From: Chiloscyllium plagiosum
Taxonomy: Eukaryota
Length of the DNA: 64,000 bases
Direction of reading: 5' to 3'
Assembly (NCBI RefSeq): GCF_004010195.1
Contig: NC_057755.1
Span: forward strand, 474,399-538,398
Shown here in pieces: positions 25,170 to 39,149 of this stretch. The notes beneath the pieces were generated by a model. The model was not told the DNA's origin and searched no databases. It worked only from the letters and a program-made list of their open reading frames with translations. Every line of letters starts with the position of its first letter. Position 1 is the first letter of the stretch. The position numbers and the translations under genes are program-made.

Positions 25170-25850
25170 ACAAGGAAGATTTTCACTGATGTCCTTTGGA
25201 AAGGAAACTGCTAACTGATGTGTGACTCCAGACTCAGAGCAATGTGGTTGACTGTTAACTGCCATCTGGGGTGACCAACAAATGCTGGCCTTGCCAGCCA
25301 GCCTCTCGTCCCATGTAACGCAACAGAGGTTATTTTGCAGCTGTACAAAACCTTTGTTAGATTCCACTTGGTGTACATACGCAGATCCAGGGAACACACC
25401 AACGGATGGATGTATTGGCCTTGGAAGAAGTACAATGTAGATTTGCAAGAATGGTACCAGGACTTTAGGGGTTCAGGTATGAGGAGAGATTACACAATTT
25501 AGGCCCGTGTTCTAAAGAAATTAGAAGACGGGGAGATAAAGATAAGATATTTCCAACAGTTGGGAATTGTAGAACAAAAGGACATAGTCTGAGAATTAGA
25601 ACCAGAGTATTCAGGGGCGATATTAGGAAGAATGTCCACACAGGAAGGGTGAAGAATGTTTGGAAGTCTATTCCACAAACAGCAGTGGATGCTGGACAAT
25701 TGGTTAAATTCAAATCTGAGATAGATTTACTTTTGTTAAGCAAAGGTATACAGGGATAAGGTTGATAGACAGGAATATGGGGTCAGACTACAGACCAGCC
25801 ATTAAATGGCAGAACAGGCTTGAGGGGCTGAAAGGCCTATTGCGATGTTC
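25170..25850 (+). mobile_element. Deu-SINE-like fragment followed by a CR1 3' fragment
   Basis: TTCACTGATGTCCTTTGGAAAGGAAACTG matches the 18770 region, followed by LQLYKTFVRFHL and a CR1 3' end. Confidence 0.7.
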
Positions 25851-25929
25851 CCCTGACTACTAACCTCCTCCCAGAGCCTTTCCGAGGCATTGACATCCTT
25901 TAAGCCGCATCCGTGACAAACTTGAACCG

Positions 25930-26310
25930 TCCCTTTAAGTGTATTTGACTTTCTCCCTCTTTTTTCTCAGTAGCCGTGTTACCATTACTCTCTATTGAAA
26001 CCTCTCCCTCTATATTTAACCCTCTCCTTTTTGTCTGTAGTTAACTCTTTCCCTGCTCCATTGTATTCGATCTTCTTTCTGTAACTCTCCTTTTGCGCCT
26101 CTCCCTATTACCTTTATTTTAAATCCCATCCTCTTCTGCTGTAGTTAACCATGTCCTTATTCCCCCTGTATTTAATCCTCTTGCTGTTAGTCTCTATTTA
26201 GCCCTCTCCTTATTATTGCTTATTTAATCCTCTCACTATTATTCTGTATTGAATTTTCTCCCTATTGCAATCTTCAACCTCCTCTCTATCTGTATTTAAC
26301 CCTTTCTATA
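25930..26310. repeat. Pyrimidine-rich degenerate tandem repeat (CTCTCCCCTGTATTTAA-like)
   Basis: Recurring TATTTAACCCTCT units. The inverted counterpart lies at 58330-59186 and 62660-62940. Confidence 0.6.
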
Positions 26311-27054
26311 TATCAGCGCTCTTCAAATATAGTTCCCTGAATATATAATGAGAGATCAGGCGTCTCTGCCTATGTATTCCCCTTAACTCCAAAATCTGAC
26401 TGATGCTGCTGTGCGTTGCTGCCTCTCCGGCAGGCACTGAGCCTGCAGATACATCCCAAAGCACATTAGGAGCTCGGCATTCACACCACATGGTCAGACA
26501 CAGTGTTGCTGATGAGTAGGAGACAGGTACAACTTAAACGCGCATTTTTATTTATATATCAACTGGAACAGCTCCAATGCACATCAATATATATATATAT
26601 TCACAAGCATGAACCGTGCCATTACAGAACAAAACACATAAATACAAACACTTCCAACATATAACAATATTTATACAAACATAAACACTTCCAAAATAAA
26701 ACAGGATTTAAATATATACATGAACGTTCCCGTACACAACAATACTTATATTTATAATCAGCAGTTCACATACAGAACAATATTTATTAATAAACGCAGA
26801 GAGTTCCAATGAATAATAACATTTACATGTAAACATGATCAGCTCCAATGCAAAAACAAAATTTATGCACAAACAGCTCTATACAACAATGCACAATACA
26901 TGTTATCCATACTGTATAAAACATGCAATACTGTGAAAGTGAATGACTGAGTAAAGAAGCAAACGTACTGTTGCCGGAATGGAGAAGGGACAAAAATAGG
27001 TGCTAAGGCAAGTTGGGAGAGGGATACAGACAGTTTACAGAGAGACTTTATAAT

Positions 27055-29690
27055 ACATATATTTATTGAAAAACGTTTACTCTTTTACAAAACAAATGTT
27101 ATAAACGTACAGAGGTACAGAATAGTAGAAATAATACATTATTGTGTTACAGCAATGTTAACAATAAAGTATCTACTACTCTTCGGGATAAAATCGTCTC
27201 ATATTTCCTTAACTGAACCTAAGTTAAAATAAGCTCAAATTTAATGAAATAGTATTGCATTAAATTACATTCCAATAAAATTAAAATATATTACATTACA
27301 CTAATTACATTCCTCCACTCGCCACACCTCCACTAAAGCTCCCTTCCATGGGAGCAACACTTATTATACCCGAATTTAAAAGCTTCCTCCCCCCGGGGTC
27401 CCCTGACCACCGTATACAACTCCCGCGGCTATATTAAGGCCCTATGTAGTACCACCGTTTGGTCCATGTCTATGTCATGGCCGCCAGATCTTATAAAATC
27501 GCTCTGCTCCATGGTGCACCATACTTGTCAGATTATCTTGGGGGACATGCTCCATCACAAGTCTGCCCTACCCTGCAAAAGCTGGAGGTTTTTCTGATAT
27601 CAGTTCATTAGAATGTTCTTCCTCACACAGTGTGTAAGAATTTTAAATATCCTCGCCCCATGCTCATTCAGAGAGGGCAGTATCTGTAATCCCAACAGAA
27701 GAGATACCGGATTCTCCTTAACTTCAATTCCTGGAATCTTCTTCAGCTTGTTCATTATGGCACCCCAATATCTGCGAATCGTGTCGCAGGACCAAAAGCA
27801 ATGTGTGAGGGCGCCTATGCAAATTGTACATTTTGGACATTTCGGAGAAGATCCTTTCTCAAACTTTGCTAACCTCCCTGGTGCCAAATGGATCCTGTGA
27901 AGGATCTTCAATTGCATAACTTGTGCTTTATTGCATATTAAAACCTTCTTTACATTCCCCCACATATCCTCCCATATTTCAGATGCGATTTCTTCCCCTC
28001 ACTCCTGATTCCAGATACCATGTAGTCTGTCCATATCCCCTGTTAAGGACGAGCCAGAGCGCTCAAAATATTCTTAAGAAGGCAACCCAAAACTTAATTG
28101 CATTTTGTTTTGGTAAGTGTACAGTGAAAGTTTCCTGGATTAAGTTCGCTATGTTGACTACTAGATTTTAAAACAGACAAAAAAAATATATTCACAAAAT
28201 TACACAATGAAACACAAAGAACAGAATAAAGAACCACTACAGAACTCAACCTAATCAAACTAGACTGAATTCTGCTATTCTGAATACACGCAACAGTCCG
28301 ATAAGCAAAGTCCCTTTAAAACCCAGATTAAATGGAACATATGCTTACAGGTTAATGGTGAAGGGCAGAAGAGAGAAAGAGCTTGCACATAGCTCCCTGT
28401 TGAACTTCCCAGTTCTGGACTCAACTAAAACTGCTTAGCTCAGCTCAGCTCAGCTAAATAGCTGACCACACCCCTTTCTTCACACAGGTCACTTATAAAG
28501 CATGGCCGCTTTGTCCTGTAGTCTCCCCTGTTTACATATAAACAACAAGCCTCTCAAAATCCTTTTCACCTCTGTACCAAACCAGACTGAGCGGAGCCCG
28601 ACCCGGTTAATTGCCCCTGCAGAAACAATCAAGCACAGAATGAAACAGCTTTTGGAAAGAAAAGGACGAGCTTTATGACACCCCCAGGACACTCCCTCTC
28701 GGCAAATGGTATATGGTACTACCCGAGACAGCACCCCCACATCAGAGCACTCTTCTCTCTATATCCAACTATGGGGCTGAGCCAAGAGTGGGGACTTCTG
28801 TGTGTAATCCCTAACCTGGATGTATCAGAAAAGTTCCCTATTAGGATTTCCCTATTTCTGACTTAATTGTTTGGAAGTCATCAAGGCATCTCCCGTGAAT
28901 AAATCTCCCAAACAGGAGATTCCCTTACCCTCCCATGCTCTAAAGCCGGAGTCCATTGACCCGGGTCTAAATCCTGGGGTTACCACTAATGGAGTGAACA
29001 GTGAATTCTTAAACAAATTGCCCTCACCATGCTTTCACTATAGTTACGATAATCGGGCTCTCAAAGTACTCAGCCACAGATCCACATCTTGTCCACAAAC
29101 AGTAAGTTGATGAGGGGACATCTCACCTGCAAGTCCTCAACATCGTGCCATATCGAACTCGAGTCCTTATGCACCCAGTCACCCACATAGGGCAGCACGG
29201 TGTCTATTTGGTATCTCTTCAGATCTCCGAAGTCCACCCCGCACCCCCCCCCCCACCCACCCCCGCACCCCCAAATCCTGTGTAAGTTGCAGCTTGTTAA
29301 ACTTTATTAGGGGGCGCCTACAGCACAAAATAAAGGATCCACGCCAATTGGTAAACCTCCACAACAGCTGTCTGGGTAACAACAACAGGAACATCCTCAC
29401 AGGGTATCATAACCGAGGAAGAATATTCATTTTAATCTGAGCTATACGGCATAGCCATGATACTGGTAGGTCCTCCTACTGCTGCCAGTCCTGCTTTACC
29501 TTATCAAACAATTGCACAAAGTTAGCTCTGTTCAGCTGACGGAAGATAGGAGTAATAAAAATTCCCAGACAGGGGAAAGCTTTCTGTGAACACCTTACAG
29601 GAAACTGCATTCCATCCCCCAGCTTCAGTACTTCCACCAATCCCCCATGAGCCCCCAAACTGTTTCGACATGGGGCAAACACCTCTGCTA
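27055..29690 (-). mobile_element. L1-clade LINE ORF2 C-terminal half, interrupted by a solo LTR
   Basis: CCHC-type CPKCTICIGALTHCFWSC (27600-27965), FPCLGIFIT...NFVQLFDKVKQD (29476-29682) and IKMNILPRL. Confidence 0.85.
28041..28680. mobile_element. Solo LTR (640 bp) with 4-bp TSD CCCC
   Basis: TGTT...GACA termini with CCCC at 28037-28040 and 28681-28684. The L1 sequence continues on both sides. Confidence 0.7.
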
Positions 29691-30395
29691 ATTTAAACCA
29701 GCGTCACAGGAAAGATTCACCCCTTGTTTTAATCTGTTAAAATTAGAGAGGCAAAGAACTATCCCAAAAATCGCTATTTAAAATAGCAGTTAACAACTTT
29801 ATTCTTTATGTCTATCAGTGAATATTAACTAGCAACTGTATACAATGCCTTTCTTTTGAATCGATCTCTTAACATCCTTTCTAGGATACTAGTCTGATAA
29901 AAACTCCCGATTACGATTTACAAAAAAAAAATGACGTTTCAAAGCCAGTTAGCTTTGACGAGTTTCTACTGCAGATTTTTCTGCCTTTTTTTTTGCTTCT
30001 CGGTGATTCTGCTTCACAGATCTTTGATAGATAAAGGTAGCCTTTAGAGAGCAGTTCTACTGGCAGTCTGTAGTAGTTGGTGGCTTGCTCCTCTTTGCCG
30101 CTCTGGATAACTGTTCAAAATATCTGACATTTATACGGTGAAAAATCGGATTGTTTCATTGGATTTAAAATGATCAAAATACTAAATTCAAACTTGATTG
30201 GAGATGGATATCTTCAGGCATAGTTTAAACTGATTTGCCAAATTTGAATTTGCTTTTGTCTCATCACAACACAGCTGCAGCTAGATGTTTGACCAAATGT
30301 TACATTTTAAATTTTCCAGTACTCTGTGCGCTTGCAAAGTCATTGCCAGCCTTCCAGCTCCCTTTAAAGGTACAGTACCACCCAAAACTTCACAC
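29690..30395. mobile_element. Possible LTR-like repeat
   Basis: Abrupt end of L1 homology, LTR-like composition and an ...ACA end. No TSD found. Confidence 0.3.
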
Positions 30396-31489
30396 ATGCA
30401 GATAGAAATATCTCATAATGGGAGTTATAGAAATACACTTCTGCACACAATGAGAAGACATGTTCACCCGCATACAGAGAAATACAGCTATCCTTAGATA
30501 TAGGATTACATATATGTATAGACACCGGCATGTAATGTAGGGAAATGAGGTCATACTGAGAGATATTACACACTAAAATGCAAGGACATACAGAAATAGC
30601 GCTATACATTCACATGACCACTCTCACCTACAGTTACAGAACTATACACACAATTAGATGCAGTCATAGAGAGACAATTATAAACAAATCCAGAGACACA
30701 CGCACAGAGGGGCATAGAGATACTCCTGGGACACAGCAAGTTCTGAACACAAGGAATAGGCTAGCAATAGACTCATCTACTTGAACAGGTGCACAGCCAG
30801 GCAGTGGAATCACCTTACTGCTAAAGTTCACTTTAAAGTTGTCTGATTTATGCACATTTTCTTTAAAGTCTGTGCAACAGGGATTCCCAGACTCCAACAT
30901 TTTTGCCACATATCATGCCAAAAAAATTGTGCAATTGCTTGCCCTGCACCAAAAAAACCTTACACCTTAAAAGAGAAAGTTTGCTTATGCTGGGCAACTT
31001 GTGATACACTAAACTAGGTCCCCAAACCTGGAAAATACACTGAAAGACAGGCTTGAATTAGGAATGCTCGAGTAGCAAGTGCAGACTTGTTCTTTTTAAT
31101 TAGAATACCCTCGATTAGTAGAAACTTGAAAACCACACAGAAAAAAATTCTAAAGAATACGTTTAATCTTAAAAATCGAACTAAGCACAAGGTTGTTATT
31201 TATGATAATCTCAATATCAACAAACATTATCCTTTACTAACTGACAGATCAATCCCAGTTAAAGAACGTTGAATTCTGCAGCCCAGAGAACTGATGCAGC
31301 AGATCAAATACTGCATCAGGGTGAGGGTGCAGTCAGTGAACGCACCAAAATCATTTCACTGAATCTCAAAGGAGGCTCGAACGCGTATTAAATTATACCT
31401 GATTTGTTCATTTTCTTTGCAGCTTTTCTGAAAGGCAAAATGGGGACCCTGAGGTGGCGCATAGAAAAAAAATGCTGGAAATCGACAAG

Positions 31490-31760
31490 AGAATAGAGAG
31501 AGAGAGAGAGAAAGAATTAGACCGAGAGACAAAGTGGGAGAGACAGAGAGAAACCGAGAGAAACTGAGACAGAGAAACGGAGAGAGAAGAGAAACAAAGA
31601 CGAAGTGAGATAGAAAGACAGTCAGAGTGACAGAGGAAGAGACTGATAACGAGAAACTGAGCGATAGGGATAGATATTGAGGTAAAGAAATAGAGACAGA
31701 GACAGAGAGAGAGAAGGACAGGGATACAGCGTGTGAGACAATGACAGAGAGAAAGAGAGT
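31490..31760 (+). repeat. GA-rich low-complexity microsatellite
   Basis: (GA)n and (GAGACA)n runs. Confidence 0.9.
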
Positions 31761-34459
31761 TGGGCTCAAGCAACTCTTCCAAAAATAAACAGAACAGCAG
31801 AAAATAATTTAAAATGTAGATGGGAGGATCAACAGCACAACGAGTCTTTATCTTACTGTGATGAAGTTTTTATTGCGAGTTGTACAGAGATAGTCTGACA
31901 ATTATCATAGTGCAGGAGGGCCTGTTTCTGCCCCTCACTCTCCTCTCCTGCAGGAGAATGCAGAGACCCCTCCTGCAGGTCTTTAACACTCTTCCATAGG
32001 ACAGTTCATGAAGACCCAATGTTCCAGCTGAACCCGTCACTCACAGCCAATCACCCCGGCATTCTCTTTCCACACTACCCTGCCCCTGACAGTCTCCTCT
32101 TGCCTCCATACCTGCTGTCCCGTTGGCATGTCCTTCAATAATTTCAATGCAGAGATGGATAGATTATTGTTAACATTTGGACAGGGAGGAGTGGGTGGTC
32201 CTCTGGGGCAGAAGAGAATGCGGGTTTGACATTATACTCAGATCTCTTGGAATGGTGGCAGGATCAGAATCGAAGGACTGAATGGCCAACTGCTTGCTGC
32301 TCATTGATTGTGTGTCCCCGTGAGTGAAAATCTGTAACGCAATCAGGGAAACTAGCGTGTTTCTCAGCGTGGTGAATGGTGACCCATCCTGTTACCTGCC
32401 CAACCCATACACCGCTGGGTGTTATGCTCAGATCCATGTCATTGAGCTGATGTAATCCTGCACTGGGAATGCTGCGGCTGCAACTGGAGCTCTCTCAGTT
32501 GTTTTGCTGAGTCATTAAATGAAGGATTTATGTGACCAATTGTTGCACAGCATTCCTGATCTTCGCTCTGAAATTCGTCAACGTTGCTGCGTAAAATAAT
32601 GTGTTCATGTTACAGCTGAAATCCTTCAGAATTTCTCTGACGAACAGAAAACTCTTCTGAGAACGTCTGTACTTGTTTACAGTTGTTCTGTTCATGGCGT
32701 AATATAAGAAATTTGCACCATACACTACCCACATAATTACAAAGCTGACGGACATGGTGACTAGGGAAATCACAGACTTCCTCCGGCTCTCCATCTCTGC
32801 ATCTTTGTGACTCTCTCCCTTCCTCTGACCCCTCAGGCTTTTGCTGACTCGACTGACCACTGAAATGTACCTGACAGTCAGAGTGTTCATAAACAGAATT
32901 AACACGAATGGATGAAAGGGGTTAAAACCTCAGCCACCTGGAATCAGTAAAACAAATTGATTTACTTCAACAGTTCCATTGAACATTGTCAATTAGCCAC
33001 CCAGGTTGATACCGAAAATTGAAGGGAATGTTTTTTGAACAGAGCAGAATACCAGTGGCAGCCAAAACCGCAGCCAAAGCTTTCTCTGTCCAACATTTTC
33101 TCTTCATTGTCAGGCAGCAAATGGCCACAAAATGATCAAATGAGAAAAGGACAGTGAATCAGACAGAACAGTCTGTGGTTGCATGTATCAGAACAAAGAC
33201 AGCAAACAGGGGTAAGGTCCAGGAAACACTTTGGGAAGTAAAAATTATCGAGTTGCAATAGTATGACGCGCACGAGAATGAACGGTAAATCTGACATTGC
33301 CATCCATTAGGCATGATGTTGCGGATTTAGAGAGTCCACACTTTCTGCGTGTGAGAGCCAAACTCAACAGGAAAGTAACTGAAAGAGACATAGGGTAAAG
33401 TTCAGATCGGAAATTATTGATACAACACTATCTACATATGTCCAGAAAGCAATGGATGACCTTAGCACCAAAATGGGTTAGTTCGGACAGGTCTGAGGTC
33501 AAATCTAAAAATGACAGCTCCGAGCTTGACATTAAAAATACATACTTCCAAGTTGAACGGAGGGGTTGGGGTGGGGTTGGCGGTCAGGGGACGTTTAGCG
33601 AATTGACAGATGACAAGGGCGCATTGTTGTAAGGTGGCAGGCCTGAGTTTTCAAGGCCATTTGAGCTTTTGGCTTTCACTGGAAAATAGTGAATTTCTGG
33701 AATGCACTGCTTGGGAAGGTAGTTGATGGAGAGTAGCTAACAAATTTATCAAGTCCTTGGCTGAGCATTCAGCGTCACTCTTCAGGACATCTTCAACAGA
33801 AGAAAGATGGCTGGACTAAAAACGTTAACAATGCTTTCTCCCCACAGATGCTACCAGTCGAGCCAGCTTTCATCGGCAGTTGTTTTTGGTTTTCCTTGAA
33901 ATGTTTCATTAAGGCTGTAAATCTTTGACGTAATCTGCTTCTTAAATTTAGCTCTGACTGTCCAGGGTTCCAGAATTCGAAGAAGGTGTACTCCATTCAG
34001 TCCTTTAAACCTGCACTGCCATTTGACATTGTGATAGCAGATGCCCAACAGCAGTGCATACTTTCTGTCCATTCCCCCTGATGTCCTTAAAATCACAGAA
34101 TGCATCTGTCTTCCAACACAGAAAACAAACTCAGAATTTGAGGGTGAGAGATGGGATGGTGGAGACTGGGGGAAATATCTCTTGCTCCATCACATGGCAA
34201 TTAGGTAATGAATCAACCTGAGGATCATTAAACTGGAGTCTCATCACAAGACTCGGTTTTGCTGACTTTCAGTTTTCTGCCCGCTAACCATACACCGTCC
34301 ACAGTCTTACATTAACTCTGTTGCCAGGAGATCATTTGCTCGGCAGCAACGTCTAATACAGCATTTTGCCAGTGTGGTCTGCAAATGCGCAGTCTCCTTG
34401 CACAATCCATTTAAAAGATTGCCTTTGCAAATCCAACTAGGACTGCACCTAATGTCATA

Positions 34460-36130
34460 GTCATTGGTGTCATACAGCACAGAAACAGACATTCCAAGGC
34501 GACCAGGCATCCTAAATTGAGCAAGTTCATTTGCCAGCATTTCATCTATACGCTATTCATCTGCCTAAATAGATGTCTTTGTAATCGTACAAAGGATCTG
34601 TTTTGGGACCATTGCTGTTTGTCATTTTTATAAATGACCTGGTGGAGGGGCTAGAAGGTTGGGTGAACAAGTTTGCGGATGATACGAAAGTCGGTGGAGT
34701 TGTTGACAGTGAGGAAGGATGTGATGTTCCTAACCATGCCCTGAGTTTATCTGTCTTCCCTGTTAGCCGTCTTGCATTGATATGTTGCAGTTGTATAAGA
34801 CTCTGGTGCGGCTGCATCTGGAGTATTGTGTGCAGTTTTGGTCGCCATACTATTGGAAGGATGTGGAGGCACTGGAACGGGTGCAGAGGATGTTTACCAG
34901 GATGTTGCCTGGTATGGTAGGAAGATTGTATGAGGAAAGGCTGAGGCACTTGGGGTTGTTTTCAATGGTGTAAAGAAGGTTTAGGGGTGACTTGATATAG
35001 GTGTACAAGATGATTAGGGGTTTAGTTAGGGTTGACCATGAGAACCTTTTTCCACGTATGGAGTCAGCTATTACGAGGGGGCATAGCTTTAAATTAAGGG
35101 GTGGTAGGTATAGGACAGATGTTAGGGGTAGATTCTTTACTTAGCGAGTCGTGAGTTCATGGAATGGCCTGCCAGAGCAGTGGTGGACTCTCCCTCTTTA
35201 TGGGCATTTAAACAGGCATTGGATAGGCAGATGGAGGATAGTGGGCTTGTGTAGGTTAGGTGGGTTTGGATTGGCGCAAAATCGAGGGCCAAAGGGCCTG
35301 TACTGCGCTGTATTTTTCTATGTTCTATGTTCTATGTACCAGCATTCACCAACTCCTATGGCAGCTTCTTCCATAAACCGGTCACCCTCTGCATTGAAAC
35401 GTTGCCCCTCATGTTCCTTTTAATAATTTACCCAATCAACTTAAGCCGATGTGCTCGAGATCTGGGCTCCCCTAAAATGGGGAATAAACAAGCATTGGCT
35501 CTTCCCCCTATCCGTGCACTTCATGAATTTATAAACCTCCATAAGGTCACCTCTCAGCCTCAAATGCACCAGACAAAAAAAGCTCCAGTCTATTCACCCT
35601 CTCACCATAGTTCAAACCTTTCAATCCTGGTCACAGCCTTGTCAATCTTTTCTGAAGTTTTGCAAGTTAGCAACATTTTCAGTTAGCAGGGAGAAAAGAA
35701 TTGAATGCAGCTCTCTATAAATCACCTCACTAATATCCTGTGCAGCTACAACATTACGTCCCAACTCCTACACTCAATGCAGTGCGAATGAAGGTAAGCT
35801 TGCTATACACTATCTTCACCATTCTGTCTGCCTGCGACTCATCCTTCTTTGTTCGGCAAAGTATCCCCGATCCTGACCATTAAATGTACAAGTCCTGCCC
35901 TCCTTTGCCTGACCAAATTTCAACATCTTACATTTATCCAAATTAAACTTCAACTTCACCTTCTCGGTCCACTGCCCAGCTGATCAAGGTGCTGTTGTAC
36001 ACTGAAGTAACCTTTTTTACTGTTCACTACGCCAGGTGAAGTGGTGTCATCTGCAAATTTGCAAACATCGCTGCTATATTCACATTCAAGTCATTTAAGT
36101 AAGTGATGAAAAGGTCGTGGAACCATCACT
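34460..36130 (-). mobile_element. CR1 RT/3' fragment hosting a nested younger CR1
   Basis: Minus-strand CR1 3' end at 34460-34590 resumes at 35336. FANLQMT/ADD region near 36050. Confidence 0.75.
34591..35335 (+). mobile_element. Nested CR1 (internally rearranged), possible TSD GTAC
   Basis: [12 protein letters not shown]...[29 protein letters not shown], and a TTCTATGTTCTATG tail. Confidence 0.88.
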
Positions 36131-36339
36131 TGCACCATACTGCTGTTCAAAGAGTTCGAAACAAAACCTGTCGAAAAAGTGGGGTGCATTCAAGTCAACA
36201 TCCCTAAAGTTGTGACATGTCTCAGCAGAGCGTAAACTTCACTCTATTTTGGAAAGGAGGGGAACAGAATGCAATACATTAAAGTACATAGAGTACTACA
36301 TGCATTTGAAAACTAGGGCAGACTCTTGCACTACCCTCT

Positions 36340-36516
36340 GTAAGAGAGGGATTACTGGTGGTGGTGCAATCTGAATGTCTTGTGCCTCAGCCAATGGCAG
36401 AGATTAAGAAGGAGAATCCTTCAATGATAATCTCAACCCGTGCAAGAAATGGACGCACGCTTTTGGCATCACGCTGCATTGCAAAGTAGCTATCCAGCCA
36501 ATTGAGCTAACCGACC
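36340..36516 (-). mobile_element. Degenerate tRNA-derived SINE
   Basis: The minus strand starts with the tRNA-like A-box head GGTCGGTTAGCTCAATTGG. Confidence 0.5.
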
Positions 36517-39149
36517 TCAAAACACCACAGTGCACATTCAAATAAATATAATATCTACAAGTTTCAAGCGTGCAGTGCTGCAATTTGGTCAGAAGGCTGA
36601 TTTTCAAAGATTCCTTGGAAAACAAGATCCAAATGCAATCAATGCATTTGGGATTCTCAGAGGGACAGATTCACAAATGTATAAAATAGCGTTAACACGC
36701 CAACAAAGCCATGCCATTGCCAGTTTAGGACAGATACCCATTTCCAGAAGCGAATTAAATAAATAATATTCATCGACTTTGAAACATTTGTGGGAGCACG
36801 CTTAGTTAACTAGGTCAAGTTCTGATGAACATATCACAACAATATGAGTTGATGGACTGGACAACATGGAATTATACGATGGAGAACGAGAACTGAATTG
36901 AGAAAGGTCTGTTTCATCATTAAGACACATACCACGATCAAAGCTCCAGCTGTTAATATACCGATTAACTTCAGAGACACTGACAAGTTCACCAGTTAAT
37001 TACTCAAAAAGCCAGAACGAAATTCACCCTCAGTTCTTTGGCACTTGCTACACAGGATTTGCACAGTTTATATCACACTATTCCAAATTAACTATTCCAA
37101 AGTGACTAAAGTTCCATTGAAATTCTCCGAAATCTCTGATTAAAATGGAGAGAACCAGAAAGTTCCAGGAGGAGCTGAATTATCTCGTGGGAAATGTAAT
37201 TGTCAAGCAATTCCTGCTGAGTCTGCGATGCTGGGGATTCTGCAAGGAACCTGTGGTCTGAATCGAAATCACCTATTGTCTACACGTGTGTGAAGATGGG
37301 CACATCATTGTCAACGGGAGAGTGAAATCGGAGGCTCCCCTCAGACAAAATTCACACAAAGTCAACAGTGCAAGGCACTTACCCGGAATTGTTACAATTG
37401 GAAGGATCACGTAACATATTTTCCTTGCATGAAAAATTGTTTGATACATTTTCTGAGCGAATCCTTTTGTGTAGGAAATCTCCCCGTGCTGAGCACTGAG
37501 GCAATATATTCCCTAAGCCTTTCATTTTTACCTGATGGCGTCGCCTGGGGGACAGTAAACTTACTGCACCATTCAATTGTATTATTGAACAATTTGAGCA
37601 AACAGGTGATGATAGTGAATTCGACCCAAGTTGTGACCGAACATTTTTTCAAACTGAGGTCTAATGGATGATGCAATCTCAATCGGTCAATATTAAACAT
37701 TGGAAATTGCATCCATGATACCCAAACACTAACCGTTCCACTTTGGAATCTCCTTTGATTTCAATGTCATACGTCTCTTGAATTTGACAATTTCGTAATC
37801 AAATTTCAGTTGTTACATGTCTCTCTGAGAACTGTTCTCCAGAACACTGCGGCATGTTTTCCCTGATTAACAATGGCTGTTCCTTAAAGGGATGGTAGTT
37901 GCTTAATGGAGATGATGTGTTGTAGGTGTCAATAAATCCAGCATCACAATAGAATCTCTCGAAGTGCACAGTAGCATCTCATTCCACTGTAACTTCGCAA
38001 ATTAAAACACAACTTTAAAAATGTCAAATAACTCACTGGAAGAAATCCTTAACGGTGACACAAGCTTCAATCAATACAAATTCTCCGAGAAGTTGAAACT
38101 GTTCTGGGAATGTTTCTGCGCTGCCTCCGAGTCACAGGCAAGCTATACAACAGCAGATGAAAGTTAATATTTCTCGATTCCCCCAGTGTACTGGACATGC
38201 TCAGTGAAGAAACCTAAAACGGCTGACAGAAAAAGTGATGGAGTCGTTTGCAGGGAAAAGGAGAATTGAGCGCAGGGAGGGATTTGCAGTGAAAAGTCTG
38301 TAGAAATGTCAAAAATCAGTATTGTTTAAGCTGGTGTCAAAAGCGTCAGCGAGCTCAAGTAGTCTTGGGGAAACGGGACTTCGTGTCAGGAAAGATAAAC
38401 GACAGAAAACAGATAATGTGAATACACTTTCAGCTTGTCAGGACTGAGTTCTTGGGTGCCACAAGGAATATTAATCAATATAAAGCTATTAATACTCTGT
38501 GTCAATGACTGAAATGATATGGTCATGTGTTTTATTTCCGGATAATACTTGCTTAGGTGAAACAGTAACATAGAAGGAGGACACTTGAAAAGGGGAAGTG
38601 CAGGTTCAGTGAGTGAGAGACAAAGAAATAGTCTCTGCAACGTAAGCTAGGAAAATACTAAGGCATTGTTTGTTAATTTCAATCTTGAAAGGATTTCAGA
38701 CTACTCTTAGATTTAAAGATGACGTTCCTAAATCTCGAACAAAGAGCAATAAGCCTTTCTGTGCAGTCATGCCACCAATTTCCATTTTTCTCTGGGAAGT
38801 GATTTCACGCCCTCGCCATTAAATCGTTGTTACCCAGCTTTAATTCTCTTGATACGTGGCTGCACTCAAATGGACATGGACTCCAAAGCCTCCATCTTTC
38901 TTGCTTTTCCCTGTTAACGAAGTCAATTTCGATGCTGCATTAACATCAAGTTTCATCAGTGGACAAACCTAAAACAGCTGACTGAAGGACCCCTTCAGGA
39001 TCATCAGTCCTGACGACACAGTTCAGAATGATAGGTTGACTCAATCGTGTACCCGTTCAAGAATGCCCCAGAAAAGCTCCAGGACATTTTGTGGGAGGGT
39101 TAGGTGGGATGGGAACAAGAGTGGGAGCGAGAGCTGTGCAAAGTGAGGA

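Larger units (their letters stand above)
32528..37449 (-). pseudogene. GPR139-like GPCR, copy 2 (exon 1 at 37449-37383; exon 2 at 33378-32528)
   Basis: Exon 1 encodes MYQTIFHARKICYVILPIVTIP with a G|GTAAGT donor. Exon 2 follows TCTTTCAG and encodes RKCGLSKS, TTDCSV*FTVLFSFDHFVAICC, NTLTVRYISVVSRV, MESRRKSVISL and DFSCNMNTLFYAATLTNFR before the stop. Frameshifts and a TGA lie in the 5' half of exon 2. Confidence 0.88.

Noticed and set aside
31356..31782. Ser/Leu-rich ORFs
   Set aside because: They are translations of the GA microsatellite.
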